From positions 96,001 to 160,000 of the forward strand of contig CAVOUE010000009.1 of assembly GCA_963699545.1 (NCBI GenBank): a stretch of DNA of 64,000 nt, written 5' to 3'. Of the stretch, positions 19,418-30,568 are shown one piece after another (position 1 is the stretch's first letter; the number at the start of each line of letters is the position of its first letter). The notes beneath the pieces are model-generated. The model ran no database searches. It was given only the letters and a program-made list of their open reading frames with translations, and was not told the DNA's origin. A program made the position numbers and the translations under genes. Origin of the DNA: Nitrospirota bacterium. Lineage in GTDB: Bacteria > Nitrospirota > Thermodesulfovibrionia > Thermodesulfovibrionales > UBA9159.

Positions 19418-21188
19418 ATGACCAGCAACAGAGCAAAGATCGTCGTATGCTTTCTCCTTCTCTTCCTTCTTGCGCTGTTGGCATCTCCTGCCCGCGGCCA
19501 GGACTTCACCATCAGCACGTTCCACGCCGATATCGTCATCAATGATGATTCCTCCTTCACGGTAAAAGAGACCCTGGAGGTCGAATTCCACCGGCCCAAG
19601 CACGGCATTTACAGGGAGATCCCCTTCAGCTACACCGATGACCTTGGCAGCAGCACCGTAACGCCTATGGAGATACTATCAGTAACCGACACCGGAGGCA
19701 GGAAGTGGAAAACCACGGTGGACAACCGCAATAATGTCGTCCACATAAGGATCGGCGACAAGGACAAATATGTGAGCGGGAGCCAGACCTATGTCATCGA
19801 ATATAAAGTCGAGAACGCCCTCCTCTTCTTCGACGACCACGACGAACTCTACTGGAACGTCACGGGGAATTACTGGAATGCCCCGATAAAGGACGCTTCG
19901 GCGAGCGTAATGCTTGCTTCAAAGAGCAGGAGCGCGAAGCTCTGGGCGTCATGCTACACCGGAGCCTACCGCTCAAGGGAATCCATGTGCCGTTATGAGA
20001 CCTTCGGAACCTCCGCTGAGTTCTTTCTGAAGAAAAGCCTCAATCCACGGGAAGGATTCACCGTAGCCTTTGGGTGGGACAAGGGCCTTGTAGCTCCCCC
20101 GTCCGAATGGAAAATGCTCCTCCGGAGAATAAAGGAGAACTGGTCGTTCGTCCTCCCTGTCCTTTCTCTCCTCTTCATGATGAACCTCTGGAGAAAAACA
20201 GGCAGAGACCCTAGGGTCAGGGAGTCGGTCACGGTGACGTATGAGCCCCCCAAAGTCGGCGACAGACCCCTTAGCCCTTCAGAGGTCGGCGCCATTGTGG
20301 ATGAAAAACTGGATCCCAGGGATATCACGTCTTCCATTGTGGGCCTGGCGGTGAAAGGATATATTAAAATAGAAGAGACAAAAAGGGAGGGGTTGATATT
20401 CGATTCCACGGACTACTACCTTACAAAGCTGAAAGAACCGGATGCAGAGCTTACTTCCTTTGAAAGGGAACTGATGGGGAGCACGTTCAAAGGGATCCCT
20501 TCACGGGACATCGGTCTCGGAGATGAAGAACAAGTTCTATACGAACATCGAATCACTTAAGACGACCCTCTATAGCGACCTGGTCGAAAAAAAGTATTTC
20601 TTGAGAAGCCCTGAAAAGGTGAGAACGTATTATATGGTTGCCGCTGCGGTGGTAGCAGCGGTTGCGATCCCCGCCGCAATATTTCTTACCCGGGCGTTGT
20701 TCGCTGCCGGGTCATTCACGTCAGTTACCTCTTTTAAGTGTGCTCTTGCCGGATTGCTCGCAGGGCTGCCTGTGTTCGCCTTTGCCCGGGTCATGCCGGC
20801 AAAGACAAGGGCAGGAGCTTCCGTGTATATGGACATTCTGGGTTTCCAGGAATTCATGAACCGGGCCGAGAAAGACAGACTCGAGAGAATGGGGGATAAG
20901 GATCTCTTCTCTAGATTCCTGCCCTATGCGATCGCCCTTAATGTGGCAGATAACTGGTCAAAGGCATTTGAAGGAATTTACCAGAACCCGCCTGACTGGT
21001 ATGTTTCTCCGGGAGGGTTCCGGACCTTCAGCCCTCACACATTCTCCCATTCCATGAATTCCATGACCTCGAGCCTCGGGAGCGCCATGTTCTCCAGCCC
21101 CAGGGGAAGCGGCATCAGTGGAGGCGGTTCGGGAGGGGGAGGATTTTCCGGCGGCGGCTTTGGCGGCGGTGGTGGAGGGAGCTGGTAG
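19418..21188 (+). CDS. DUF2207 family membrane protein, one +1 frameshift near 20490-20515
   Basis: HGIYREIP, DELYWNVTGNYW, LPYAIAL, Gly-rich GGGFGGGGGGSW end; typical lemA partner. Confidence 0.85.
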
Positions 21189-21372
21189 GGAAGCAAGCGA
21201 ACCCACTCTATGGAACATTGGTTGCCGGGAACAGTATCGGCTTCACCGACGACTCCACACTTTCGACGAACCGCAGCTGCCTGAAGAGTACAACCGGAAT
21301 ATAACACTCTTGGAAGAACTTGAGCGGCGGCAGCTTCGTCATGATCAGTGACTGTGGGTATCTTGTTGGCTC

Positions 21373-22266
21373 TTATTTCATGCTGTCGAAAAACGGCTGT
21401 ATATTATACGAGTTATTGATAAGTCTTCCTCTCTTCTGACACCTGGCTGCTCTTTCAGAATTAAATTCTACAAGTGAAATCTGCAACCTATCGGTCGGCC
21501 TGAATCTATAGCAGCATTCGTTGCCGCTTGCAGGCGGACAGTATGGCTCGTGCACACATTTTGGTTCGAATTCATCTTCACTGAAATGAGGCCTCACCAA
21601 TTCCGTGAGTTCGTTGACGGAATAAGGTTCAGTATCCAGCCAAATTCCGACTCTGCCCGCATTCCTAAAATGCAAGTACCTAACTATAGTATTCTGTTTA
21701 GCCAGTGCAATCAGTTGAGGAATGACATCTTCGTTCAATCCGCGGACAATAATTGCTGACAGGCCCACTCTTCCCAATTTATATGAAATCAGGGAATTAA
21801 ACGCTTCAAGTTTCTGCTCCAGGCAATCACACCCATTTATAACTTCATAGGCATGCTTGTTAGCGTAGCCGCCATCCAACGAAAGACCTAAGGCAAAAGC
21901 TGTCCCGCTTCTCTTTAGTTCCTTAAGCGATTTCATAAAAGTTTGATCGGTATATCTTGTCCCGTTGGAGACGATATGAACTCTATGTCTGTATTGATGC
22001 GCTATGCGTATAAAATCAAGAATGTTAGGGTGTAGGGTGGGTTCGCCGCCACAAAACTTCAAGAGCACAGGGAATGGCAAGTTAGCGCAAACATATTTAA
22101 AGTGGTCTAATGACATATCTTGGGTGGAGCGCACCGGGTTGTAGCAAAAATGACAGGTCATATTGCACCGGTTCGTAATGTCCACGACAAGTGATTCATA
22201 AGGGTTTTTGTCTATGGCATATTCTATCTTGCACTCAGGTTGCCGTTCACGATTTGCATTGCGCAT
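21373..22266 (-). CDS. Radical SAM protein
   Basis: CNMTCHFC (CxxxCxxC), GGEPTLHP, SNG, SLDG; extra C-terminal Cys (C..EPYC...ECC...C). Confidence 0.9.
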   Translation of the reverse strand: MRNANRERQPECKIEYAIDKNPYESLVVDITNRCNMTCHFCYNPVRSTQDMSLDHFKYVCANLPFPVLLKFCGGEPTLHPNILDFIRIAHQYRHRVHIVSNGTRYTDQTFMKSLKELKRSGTAFALGLSLDGGYANKHAYEVINGCDCLEQKLEAFNSLISYKLGRVGLSAIIVRGLNEDVIPQLIALAKQNTIVRYLHFRNAGRVGIWLDTEPYSVNELTELVRPHFSEDEFEPKCVHEPYCPPASGNECCYRFRPTDRLQISLVEFNSERAARCQKRGRLINNSYNIQPFFDSMK

Positions 22267-23365
22267 TTGACGAACCCCATCTTTTCAGTTTCTTCAAGCG
22301 TGCCTTCACACGCTGCAGAACAAGCGCCGCAGTTCTTCTCGTTCCGGGCACCGTCCATTGCCTTAGATAGTAATACTTGTCCAGAACAAACACAACGGTG
22401 AAAGTGAAAAACACCTTCAACCTGGGAGTGTTAGCCATCTGGGGTATTCTTGCCTTAACCGGCACCATTATCTTTCCGTTTCCTGAGTAATCAATCTCCT
22501 CAAGAGCTGCAATCATCCGTTGGACAAATCTGCTCCTCTCTCTGCTGCATTTTGCCGGGCCGGGAGCTATGTGCATCAAGGTAGGATTTGTATTAATTTC
22601 CCAGATCTGCGGTTTATTGTCCAGCATGCCGTAGTCAACGCGGCCGTAATTGATGCCTGCCAGTTGGAAGACTGCACCAAGTTGACTTTCGTGTGGATTA
22701 TTCTTTAAATAATGCTGTTCCTCATAAAGTTCCATCTTTTTCTTAGCAAGGCTATTAACGTTCTTCAGCATCCATCCCTGGCCAAACATCATATGTTGAG
22801 GAAAAATTCTCTCTCCAACAATGTACGCCGAATATTTCCTAAAGACGCCATCCGGGTCGGCGGTATTACAAAATTCTATCATGACTTTGTCTCTGAGTCC
22901 CTGTCCTTGCTGTGAAAGTACATTAATGGCCGCGTCTAACGCACCCTGAGTTTCAAGCAGCGGCGTAAGATTTCCATGGTGGTCGTTCTCCCCCCGAACG
23001 AAGACAGGAAACTGCCCTGGCAATCGGCATTCTGCAAGCCGATAGATGTTATACCTATTAACACCCTGTTCATAGAGCGTACGCAATAAGGTGTACCTTC
23101 GCATTGATCGCAAAGGATGATTAAGCAGTTGAAGCCTATTGTTCACACTCGCAAGTTCTTCCCATATTGCAGACAGGATCTTTGCCCGCTCTTGGGTCAA
23201 GCGCTCAATATCAGAAAAAATATATGTCCCCTGCTTCAGGGATCTGCGATGTGGCAAAGATTCATACGATAAAACCTTGATCCTGGGCAAGAGTTCTTTA
23301 GCCCATGTATTGATAAATGACCTTATGGTATAAGCGTGTTTCTGAGTGACAAGGTAATAAATCAT
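22247..23365 (-). CDS. Hypothetical protein with ATP-grasp-like motifs
   Basis: FPVFVR, MIEFC, RKYSAYIVG, YGRVDY, IWEINTNP resemble ATP-grasp ligase motifs. Confidence 0.65.
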   Translation of the reverse strand: MIYYLVTQKHAYTIRSFINTWAKELLPRIKVLSYESLPHRRSLKQGTYIFSDIERLTQERAKILSAIWEELASVNNRLQLLNHPLRSMRRYTLLRTLYEQGVNRYNIYRLAECRLPGQFPVFVRGENDHHGNLTPLLETQGALDAAINVLSQQGQGLRDKVMIEFCNTADPDGVFRKYSAYIVGERIFPQHMMFGQGWMLKNVNSLAKKKMELYEEQHYLKNNPHESQLGAVFQLAGINYGRVDYGMLDNKPQIWEINTNPTLMHIAPGPAKCSRERSRFVQRMIAALEEIDYSGNGKIMVPVKARIPQMANTPRLKVFFTFTVVFVLDKYYYLRQWTVPGTRRTAALVLQRVKARLKKLKRWGSSNAQCKS

Positions 23366-23709
23366 CAGTCTGTATGTCCTCGATCAATATTTCACGCGAG
23401 ATTGCTTTAAGACGTTCGACATTTCGAGATTACATATCCGTTTTCTGCTCGATGATAGCTGTTATTGTATTATTATATATCAGCGTATGACAAATTTCGA
23501 TATGAAAGATTCAAGCTATAAAAACAAGGGTCACGCGCGGCAAGCCGCTGGGCAGCAGGCGATCTGCCATGCTGTCCAATTTACTACAACAGTGAAGATT
23601 TTCGAGAGAAGTCTGCGGTAACGATCAAGCTCAGACGCGGGCAATGAGTCCGAAACTGAAATTTATGATTGTCCCGCAATACGTTTCCGAAAAAGATATA
23701 ACAGAGGAG

Positions 23710-25107
23710 CTAATGAATAAGACTCTGTATATCGAGTTTCTGCACTATCATGTTAACCTTGCCTGAAGAAGTCCTCTCTACATGATCAGCCATGACCACT
23801 TCTGCATGGATTGCATCTTTATTGGACCCTAAGGTTCCCTCGAGTTTTTTCCGTATATACGATAGGTCAATATTGGCAAAGCTCTTTGATGGCACTATTC
23901 TCAAAAGAACCTTCCCTGGTTCTTCCTGAAAGAATTGACATTGCAGAATATTCGGGAAACTCGCTATCCAGAGAGGGCGCACATCGATCAGTTCCCTGTT
24001 CTTCCCAATGAGGAAGTCGTGAGACCTTCCCTCGATTGTTTCAACACTTTTGTGGTGCCTGCCACATTCATGGCAGAAATCGGTGTATCCCGACACCAAA
24101 TCACCAGTTTTGTACCGTACCAGTGGCATTGCATAATTAGTGAATCCCGTCGCTACAATCTCTTTGTAGCCCTGAATGCTATCTATAAGTTCTGTGAAGC
24201 CGTAAAGCGGATGGAAGTGGATACTGGCTGATTTCTCACACTCACCTCCGATTGCCGCACATTCATTCATACCGAACATGGAAAAAACCCGACCGTTAAA
24301 AGTCTCTTCCAGCAGTTTTCTCTGCCACCTGTGTAAAGTCTCTGAATATACGATAACGGCTTTTATATTCCGGTAAGGCGACAGATGGTGGTCTCTGATG
24401 ACCGTAGAAAGGACTGTAAGCCACGAAGGATACCCTAGTATATACTCAGGGTCGAATTTTCTGATCATATCCAGGCATTTTAGCAGGCATTCCACAGTAA
24501 GATATTTCATAGAAAGAACTAACCTATTGCCGTATCTCGTAAAGGGCACACTCTTATTGCCCAATTGAATATAGTGCCAAAGCATAACCTCTCTCGCCTT
24601 CGGGGTGTAGCCTATCCTGCCCAGAATGTTCGTCCTGAACGCAAGGAATGCAGCACTGCTTTCCTTGGTTCTGTAAATGGACAGAGGGATACCCGAAGAA
24701 CCACCGGTGGGTTTCCTAATAAGAGACCTTAACGGAATGCTCTCGTCAACAAATTCTGTGGCACGATCTCTTAGTTCTTTTTTGTCAAGATAAGGAAGCA
24801 CTTTTAAGTCATCAGCGCTCTGCATTTTTTCGGGTCGGAACCCAATACTGCGAAAGAGCCTCCTGTAGTAGGGTACATGTTTCATTGAATGTATAAGTGA
24901 GTCTCTTGTCTGCTCAAGCTGATAGGCATGCAACCTGTCGTTATCCCAATTTTCCGATTCTTTCAATATGGTCAACCACCGCAGGAAAGTAGCGCCGTAA
25001 AATACCTTATACCTTAGGGAAAGAGGCAGCCGTTCATAGATGTCCAATGCTGCTCTTTCTGCTGCTGCTGACAACTTTACAAATTTCTTAGCGCTTTCAT
25101 AGACCAT
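23710..25107 (-). CDS. Phenylacetate-CoA ligase-like (CapK-type) adenylate-forming protein
   Basis: VPYYRRLF, LPYLDK, TGGSSGIP, GYPS, FGMNE, AMPLVRYKTGD, IEGR. Confidence 0.85.
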   Translation of the reverse strand: MVYESAKKFVKLSAAAERAALDIYERLPLSLRYKVFYGATFLRWLTILKESENWDNDRLHAYQLEQTRDSLIHSMKHVPYYRRLFRSIGFRPEKMQSADDLKVLPYLDKKELRDRATEFVDESIPLRSLIRKPTGGSSGIPLSIYRTKESSAAFLAFRTNILGRIGYTPKAREVMLWHYIQLGNKSVPFTRYGNRLVLSMKYLTVECLLKCLDMIRKFDPEYILGYPSWLTVLSTVIRDHHLSPYRNIKAVIVYSETLHRWQRKLLEETFNGRVFSMFGMNECAAIGGECEKSASIHFHPLYGFTELIDSIQGYKEIVATGFTNYAMPLVRYKTGDLVSGYTDFCHECGRHHKSVETIEGRSHDFLIGKNRELIDVRPLWIASFPNILQCQFFQEEPGKVLLRIVPSKSFANIDLSYIRKKLEGTLGSNKDAIHAEVVMADHVERTSSGKVNMIVQKLDIQSLIH

Positions 25108-25593
25108 CGTGGGAAACCCGTGTGCACACTAAATGTTTCTACCTCTTTGCATTCGTCGCTTATATGCGATGCGAAATTATTAGAAGCGCTCTGCTATTAA
25201 AGGAATCTTTTCCCCCTTTAATCCAATACCTTTCGCATGCGTTCATTATAACAGGAATGGGAACCCCTACTGCACCGTTGGGATCTAATGTTCTTTATCA
25301 TAAGCCAAGTAATTTTGGCACGGACAACACAACAGAGATATGTTCCATACCTACAATGTGGACCACAAATGCTCGGGACATACTGCATATTTCCAGAAAT
25401 AATCAGAACCGTTACAAGGGCACCTCATGATGTGGGATTCAGGAAGTAGTCAATTCAAGGCCCTGCAGTAACTTGGTGTTCTCTTTCTTGACTTTAGTCG
25501 CCATTATGCTATGCTTTGCAAAGATAGTGACGCTCCAGAGAGGAAGACAAACTCGACCTTGCCGGACCCAATTGAATAAAACAGAGAAGATCA

Positions 25594-25809
25594 TTGGAGA
25601 TTTTTAAAAGGCCGATTATAATTCTCATCTTTGCCTTGTTGATTGCTGGAGGGTTGTTTTTCTGGTATGAATATCGACCGAGCATGATCAGGGCGGGTTG
25701 TTCCATTGAGGCAGAGAAAAGGGCAGATAAGGATGAGTACCTGTATGAAATTGTCTATCGACATTGTTTAAGAGCGCATGGGATTGAGTACCTTGAACAG
25801 AAGGATTAG
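25594..25809 (+). CDS. Small single-TM hypothetical protein
   Basis: TM helix then FWYEYRPSMIRAGC...YRHCLRAHG (two Cys). Confidence 0.6.
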   Translation: MEIFKRPIIILIFALLIAGGLFFWYEYRPSMIRAGCSIEAEKRADKDEYLYEIVYRHCLRAHGIEYLEQKD

Positions 25810-26093
25810 CTCCCAGCTTATACAACAAAGCCATAGGGAAGAGCAGCACCAGATAGAAAAGATCATTGATTACTTACGATGGAAATCCTCACTCCGCCAA
25901 ACAAATCGGGACACCGTGTTTCAGGAAGTACCTGAACGAACGCCACTTACTTACTCGCGCCGTACACTTCTTCTTTAATCTTTCCGGACAGCCCTCCCTT
26001 TTCAGTTTATTGGAATGAGGAGATTCTCAGCTTGACTTTGGTTGCAGGCATTCTTTATTTTTAAGACAAAATTCGCGAGGAAAAGGAGAGCGC

Positions 26094-26861
26094 ATGGAGA
26101 GGATAAGGGTTGGTATTATCGGGGGATCGGGGATGGACGATCCGCGCCTTATGAAGGACATGAAAGAAAAGAAGGTGAAAACCCGCTACGGGTACCCTTC
26201 CTCCCCGCTTACCATCGGCAGGATCGACGGGGTCGATACCGTGGTCCTTGCCCGCCATGGCAGGGACCATTCCATTTATCCTACAGGCGTAAACTTCAAG
26301 GCAAACTTACTTGCGCTCAAGAAGGAAGGCTGCACACATATCCTCGCAACCACGGCAGTCGGCTCCCTGAGAGAAAAGATTAAACCCGGACACCTTGTAT
26401 TCGTTGACCAGTTCATCGACTTCACGAGGCACCGGGCGCTCACGTTCCATGATGAAAAGGTGATCCACACACCGATGAGCGAGCCCTTCTGCAGAAACCT
26501 GCGCTCACTCCTGACAGATTCTGCAAAGGCGCTGAAACTTACTCATCATAACAAGGGAACTGTGATAACGATCGAGGGTCCGAGGTTTTCGACGAAGGCA
26601 GAGTCTCATATGTTCAGGGCATGGGGCGCTGATGTCATCAATATGTCGACCGTCCCTGAGGTCATACTGGCAAGGGAATTGGGGATCTGCTATCAGACAA
26701 TAGCCATGTCGACGGATTATGATTGCTGGAAGGAAGGAGAAGAGCCCGTCACGTGGGAGATGATACTCTCCATAATGAAGAACAACGCCGAGAACGTGAG
26801 AAAACTGCTTTTAAAGACGATAACGAAGATCAAGAGTGCCGAGTGCAAATGTAAGAGATAA
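26094..26861 (+). CDS. mtnP: S-methyl-5'-thioadenosine phosphorylase
   Basis: GIIGGSG, LARHG, AVGSL, DQFID, IEGPRFSTKAES, NMSTVPE, TDYDCW. Confidence 0.92.
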   Translation: MERIRVGIIGGSGMDDPRLMKDMKEKKVKTRYGYPSSPLTIGRIDGVDTVVLARHGRDHSIYPTGVNFKANLLALKKEGCTHILATTAVGSLREKIKPGHLVFVDQFIDFTRHRALTFHDEKVIHTPMSEPFCRNLRSLLTDSAKALKLTHHNKGTVITIEGPRFSTKAESHMFRAWGADVINMSTVPEVILARELGICYQTIAMSTDYDCWKEGEEPVTWEMILSIMKNNAENVRKLLLKTITKIKSAECKCKR

Positions 26862-26872
26862 AGGAGGAGGCC

Positions 26873-27407
26873 ATGCCTATCAAGTCAAAGATCAGGACGA
26901 TCCCTGATTACCCCAAGAAGGGGATCATGTTCAGGGACATCACAACACTCATCAAGGACCCTGTCGGGTTCAGGCTCGTGATCGACAATTTCACGCAGAG
27001 ATACATCAAGGGGGATATTGAATTCGATGTGATCGTGGGAATAGAGTCAAGGGGGTTTATCATCGGCGGCGCGCTTTCTTATACGCTGGGCAAAGGATTT
27101 ATCCCTGTGAGAAAGGCCGGGAAACTCCCCGCGGAAAAGATAAGCCATGAATATGAACTGGAATATGGCACGGACAAGATTGAAATGCACAAAGACGCCA
27201 TCCAACAGGGAACAAAGGTGATCCTTATCGATGACCTTCTTGCCACGGGCGGCACAGCGCTTGCAGCCGCGGCGCTCGTGGAAAAAATGGGCGGTGTCGT
27301 CTCGGAAATGGCATTCATCGTAAGCCTCCCGGACGTCGGCGGCTATACGAAGCTCAGGCAAAAGGGATATAAGGTGTATTGCCAGACCGAGTTCGAAGGA
27401 GAACTGA
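26873..27407 (+). CDS. apt: Adenine phosphoribosyltransferase; one extra base at ~27398-27404 reads through the true stop
   Basis: IPDYPKKGIMFRDITT, GIESRGF, RKAGKLP, YELEYG, IDDLLATGGT; removing one A gives the usual ...EFEGD* end at 27407. Confidence 0.93.
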
Positions 27408-27476
27408 GTAATCGAGAGAACCGGGCGCCGAGAGCGGACATGCCGAATGACGGACAGAGTTCCTGAATAATGCGGG

Positions 27477-28406
27477 TTAAAGCGTTATGTGCAACAGCGT
27501 CGCTTCCAGGCTCTTCATATCTTCCACATTGAAGACCTTTGCCTCGGGCTCTATCCTCTTGATCAGCCCGGAAAGCACCTTGCCGGGACCGACCTCAACA
27601 AATGTCCCTGCTCCGGAATCTGCGATCACCCTGATGGAGTCTTCCCATAAAAGAGGACTATTAAGCTGTCTGACAAGCGATGCCTTAATACTCTCGACGT
27701 TATTAAGGAACACGGCATCGGCGTTATTCACGACAGGAGTTGCGGGGTTCCTGAAGGCGATGGCCTCAAGCAGTTCACCGAGCCTTCGTGACGCATCGGC
27801 CATCAGTGCACAATGCGACGGAACGCTCACCGCGAGAGGCACCGCCCTTTTTGCTCCCGCTTCCTTCGCTCGTTTCATTGCCTCTTCCACGGCCTCTTTC
27901 TCTCCTGCAATGACGATCTGGCCGGGACAATTGTAATTTGCAGGCGCCGCGTATCCTGATCGCAGTGACAGGCAGATCTCGTCAACCTTGTCCCTCTTCA
28001 GCCCAAGGATGGCAGCCATGAGCCCCCTGCCCACGGGAACCGCCTCCTGCATGAACTGTCCCCTTTTCCCGGTAAGTTTCACCGCATCCGCAAACGATAT
28101 CGCTCCCGCCGCCACGAGGGCCGAATATTCCCCGAGACTGTGCCCGGCCACAACAGAGGGAACGACACCTTTGGATAATAACACCCTCTGAATTGCGATG
28201 CTTGCGGTCAGGATAGCGGGCTGCGTCCTGAAGGTCTTGTTGAGCTCTGTCTCAGGACCTTCGAAGCACAACCCCGGCACATCGTATCCGAGGGCCTCTG
28301 ATGCCTCTCTGAATATTTCGTTAGCCTCACGGAAGTTCTCGTATATCTCTTTTCCCATGCCGACATACTGGGAACCCTGCCCCGGGAAGACAAAACAAAG
28401 TTTCAT
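27477..28406 (-). CDS. fabD: Malonyl CoA-ACP transacylase
   Basis: FPGQGSQ, TQPAI, GHSLGEYSAL, ANYNCPGQ, VSVPSH, EVGPGKVL. Confidence 0.95.
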   Translation of the reverse strand: MKLCFVFPGQGSQYVGMGKEIYENFREANEIFREASEALGYDVPGLCFEGPETELNKTFRTQPAILTASIAIQRVLLSKGVVPSVVAGHSLGEYSALVAAGAISFADAVKLTGKRGQFMQEAVPVGRGLMAAILGLKRDKVDEICLSLRSGYAAPANYNCPGQIVIAGEKEAVEEAMKRAKEAGAKRAVPLAVSVPSHCALMADASRRLGELLEAIAFRNPATPVVNNADAVFLNNVESIKASLVRQLNSPLLWEDSIRVIADSGAGTFVEVGPGKVLSGLIKRIEPEAKVFNVEDMKSLEATLLHITL

Positions 28407-28595
28407 GGGTAGCGTCTCCTGCAGTACTTAACAGGCGCAGGACGAATAGTCTCAGAATTCTTGTAATCGACAAGATAATTATATGGCATATCGTCTCTTG
28501 TCCAATTGTAAGCTTTTTTCCGGCTCTTCCATTACGTCTCTTTTATAAGGTGTCGTACAAGAACTCTTCGCCCACCCGTCCTGCGCCTTATTCTC

Positions 28596-29795
28596 TCAGC
28601 CTTTCATCTCTTTTATTTTCTTTATCAGCATCGGCACAACCTCGTACACATCACCAACGATCCCATAGTTCGCAACCGAGAATATGGGCGCCTCGGGATT
28701 CTTGTTTATGGCGATGATGACATCCGATGACTGCATGCCCACAAGGTGCTGCACAGCGCCGGAAATCCCGCAGGCGATGTAGATCTTCGGACAAACCGTC
28801 TTGCCTGTCTGTCCGACCTGATGCCGGTACGAAATCCAGCCCTCATCAACCGCAGCCCTGGAAGCGCCGAGCGCCCCTCCCAAAAGCTCTGCCAGTTCCT
28901 CAAGGAGCTTGAAGCCCTTTGGGTCTCCGAGGCCTCTTCCCCCGGACACAATAACATCCGTCTCGTGGAGATTCACGGTGATCTCCGAAACCTCTTTTAT
29001 CGTTTCGAGTACCCTTGTGCGGGAAGTCAGCCCATCAGCCTCCACATGGACTATCTCACCTTCTTTCCCTCCGTCATACGAGCCCCGTTTCATCACTCTC
29101 GGTCTCACCGTAGCCATCTGCGGCCGGTTATTGGGACAGAGGATGGTGGCCATGATATTCCCCCCGAAAGCGGGCCGGACCTGGAGAAGGTTCCCGGTCT
29201 CTCCGTCAATTTCGAGGGACGTGCAATCCGCGGTAAGACCGGTCCTCAACCTGGCCGCCACCCTGGGGAAAAAAGATCGTCCGATAGGTGTCGCCCCCGC
29301 AAGAACGATCTCGGGACGGTGTTCCTGAATCAATAATGAAATCAGTTCCGCATACGGCTCATCATTGAACCTCTCAAAAATGGGATTGTTCGACAGATAC
29401 ACTCTGTCGGCGCCCCATTTGATGAGTTCCCGGGCTTCGGATTCCGCAGCGCCGAAAAGCATCGCCGAGAGCCCTGTGTCCCGCTCATCCGCAAGCCGCC
29501 TGCCCACACCCAAAAGTTCATACGCAACAGACGCCACCTTGCCATCTCTCTGTTCCGCAAATACCCAGACCCCCGCATAATCGCTGATGGGCCTTTCCTG
29601 AAAAGCCGGTGCATCACCTTCCTCAAGCAGTTCCTTGATGACGCCCTCAGGGCACACGCCCAGACATGCGCGGCACAGCTGGCAGTATTCGGTGATGAAC
29701 GCCTTGCCTTCCTTCATCACGATAGCGGTGAAGGGGCATGAATCCAGACACGTCTCGCAGCCCGTGCATTTTTCGTCCCTCACCACTATACGCAT
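28596..29795 (-). CDS. etfA: Electron transfer flavoprotein alpha subunit with N-terminal 2x[4Fe-4S] ferredoxin domain
   Basis: CTGCETCLDSCP and CQLCRACLGVCP; GLTADCT, RPAFGGN, QVGQTGKTV, GISGAVQH. Confidence 0.92.
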   Translation of the reverse strand: MRIVVRDEKCTGCETCLDSCPFTAIVMKEGKAFITEYCQLCRACLGVCPEGVIKELLEEGDAPAFQERPISDYAGVWVFAEQRDGKVASVAYELLGVGRRLADERDTGLSAMLFGAAESEARELIKWGADRVYLSNNPIFERFNDEPYAELISLLIQEHRPEIVLAGATPIGRSFFPRVAARLRTGLTADCTSLEIDGETGNLLQVRPAFGGNIMATILCPNNRPQMATVRPRVMKRGSYDGGKEGEIVHVEADGLTSRTRVLETIKEVSEITVNLHETDVIVSGGRGLGDPKGFKLLEELAELLGGALGASRAAVDEGWISYRHQVGQTGKTVCPKIYIACGISGAVQHLVGMQSSDVIIAINKNPEAPIFSVANYGIVGDVYEVVPMLIKKIKEMKG

Positions 29796-30568
29796 TTCAG
29801 ACCCCTGAGTTCCTGCAGCAAGGCATCCACCTGCGCCTCCATGCTTCCTTCCAGCAACTTTCTGTCCTTTTTTACCTCGGGTGCAAAGATATTCCTCACC
29901 TGCGTGGGCGAGCCCTTCAATCCTATCTTATCCGCCTCGGCTTCTATGTCCGCTGATACCCACTTCTTTATTTCTGCTTTTTTCGCAGCCATCTTTCCCT
30001 TGAGAGAAGGCAGCCGTGGTTCATTGAGTTCCTTAACGACGGTAATGAGAACAGGGACGGAAGATTCCACCACATCGGAGCCGTCGTCCATCAGCCTCTG
30101 TACCCGCACCGAATCCGGCTGAACGTCCTCTATCCTCCTGACATAAGAAATATGAGGGATATCCAGGAACTCTGCCATTTCAGGGCCGACCTGGGCAGTA
30201 TCACCGTCTATGGCCTGTTTGCCGCAGATCACCATATCCGCACCCAACTTTTTCACCGCTCTTGACAGAGTATAGGAGGTCGCCCAGGTGTCAGACCCGG
30301 CAAATGCCCTGTCGGTGAGAAGAACGGCCTCATCGGCACCCATGGCTATGGCGTCTCTCAGGGCGGCTTCTGCCTGGGGCGGCCCCATGGTGATCACAAT
30401 GACCTTGCCTCCTGCCTTCTCCCTGACCTGCAGTGCAGCTTCGATGGCATGAACGTCAAAGGGATTGATGATGCTCGCAACGCCGTCCCGAATGAGGGTA
30501 TTGGTCTCGGGATTGATCCTCACCTCAGCGGTATCAGGAACCTGTTTGATACAAACGACTATGTTCAC
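29786..30568 (-). CDS. etfB: Electron transfer flavoprotein beta subunit
   Basis: CIKQVPD, NPFD, MGPPQA, GSDTWAT, GKQAIDGDTAQVGP, GSPT. Confidence 0.95.
   Translation of the reverse strand: MNIVVCIKQVPDTAEVRINPETNTLIRDGVASIINPFDVHAIEAALQVREKAGGKVIVITMGPPQAEAALRDAIAMGADEAVLLTDRAFAGSDTWATSYTLSRAVKKLGADMVICGKQAIDGDTAQVGPEMAEFLDIPHISYVRRIEDVQPDSVRVQRLMDDGSDVVESSVPVLITVVKELNEPRLPSLKGKMAAKKAEIKKWVSADIEAEADKIGLKGSPTQVRNIFAPEVKKDRKLLEGSMEAQVDALLQELRGLKCV

Larger units (their letters stand above)
21190..25980. other. AT-rich putative horizontally acquired island
   Basis: Visibly lower GC than flanks, long non-coding gaps, three minus-strand genes unrelated to neighbours; boundaries approximate, no integrase or att repeats seen. 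Confidence 0.6.

Noticed and set aside
23616-23690. attC-like integron site (TAAC...GCGGGCAAT/ATTGTCCCGC hairpin), and a weaker candidate at 21240-21372
   Set aside because: R and L boxes are incomplete, no integrase, and no regular cassette spacing.
23366-25590. RiPP precursor peptide for the radical SAM / ATP-grasp genes (including ORF 25122..25430)
   Set aside because: No short ORF with a credible RBS, leader or repeated core was found; 25122..25430 looks like non-coding AT-rich sequence.
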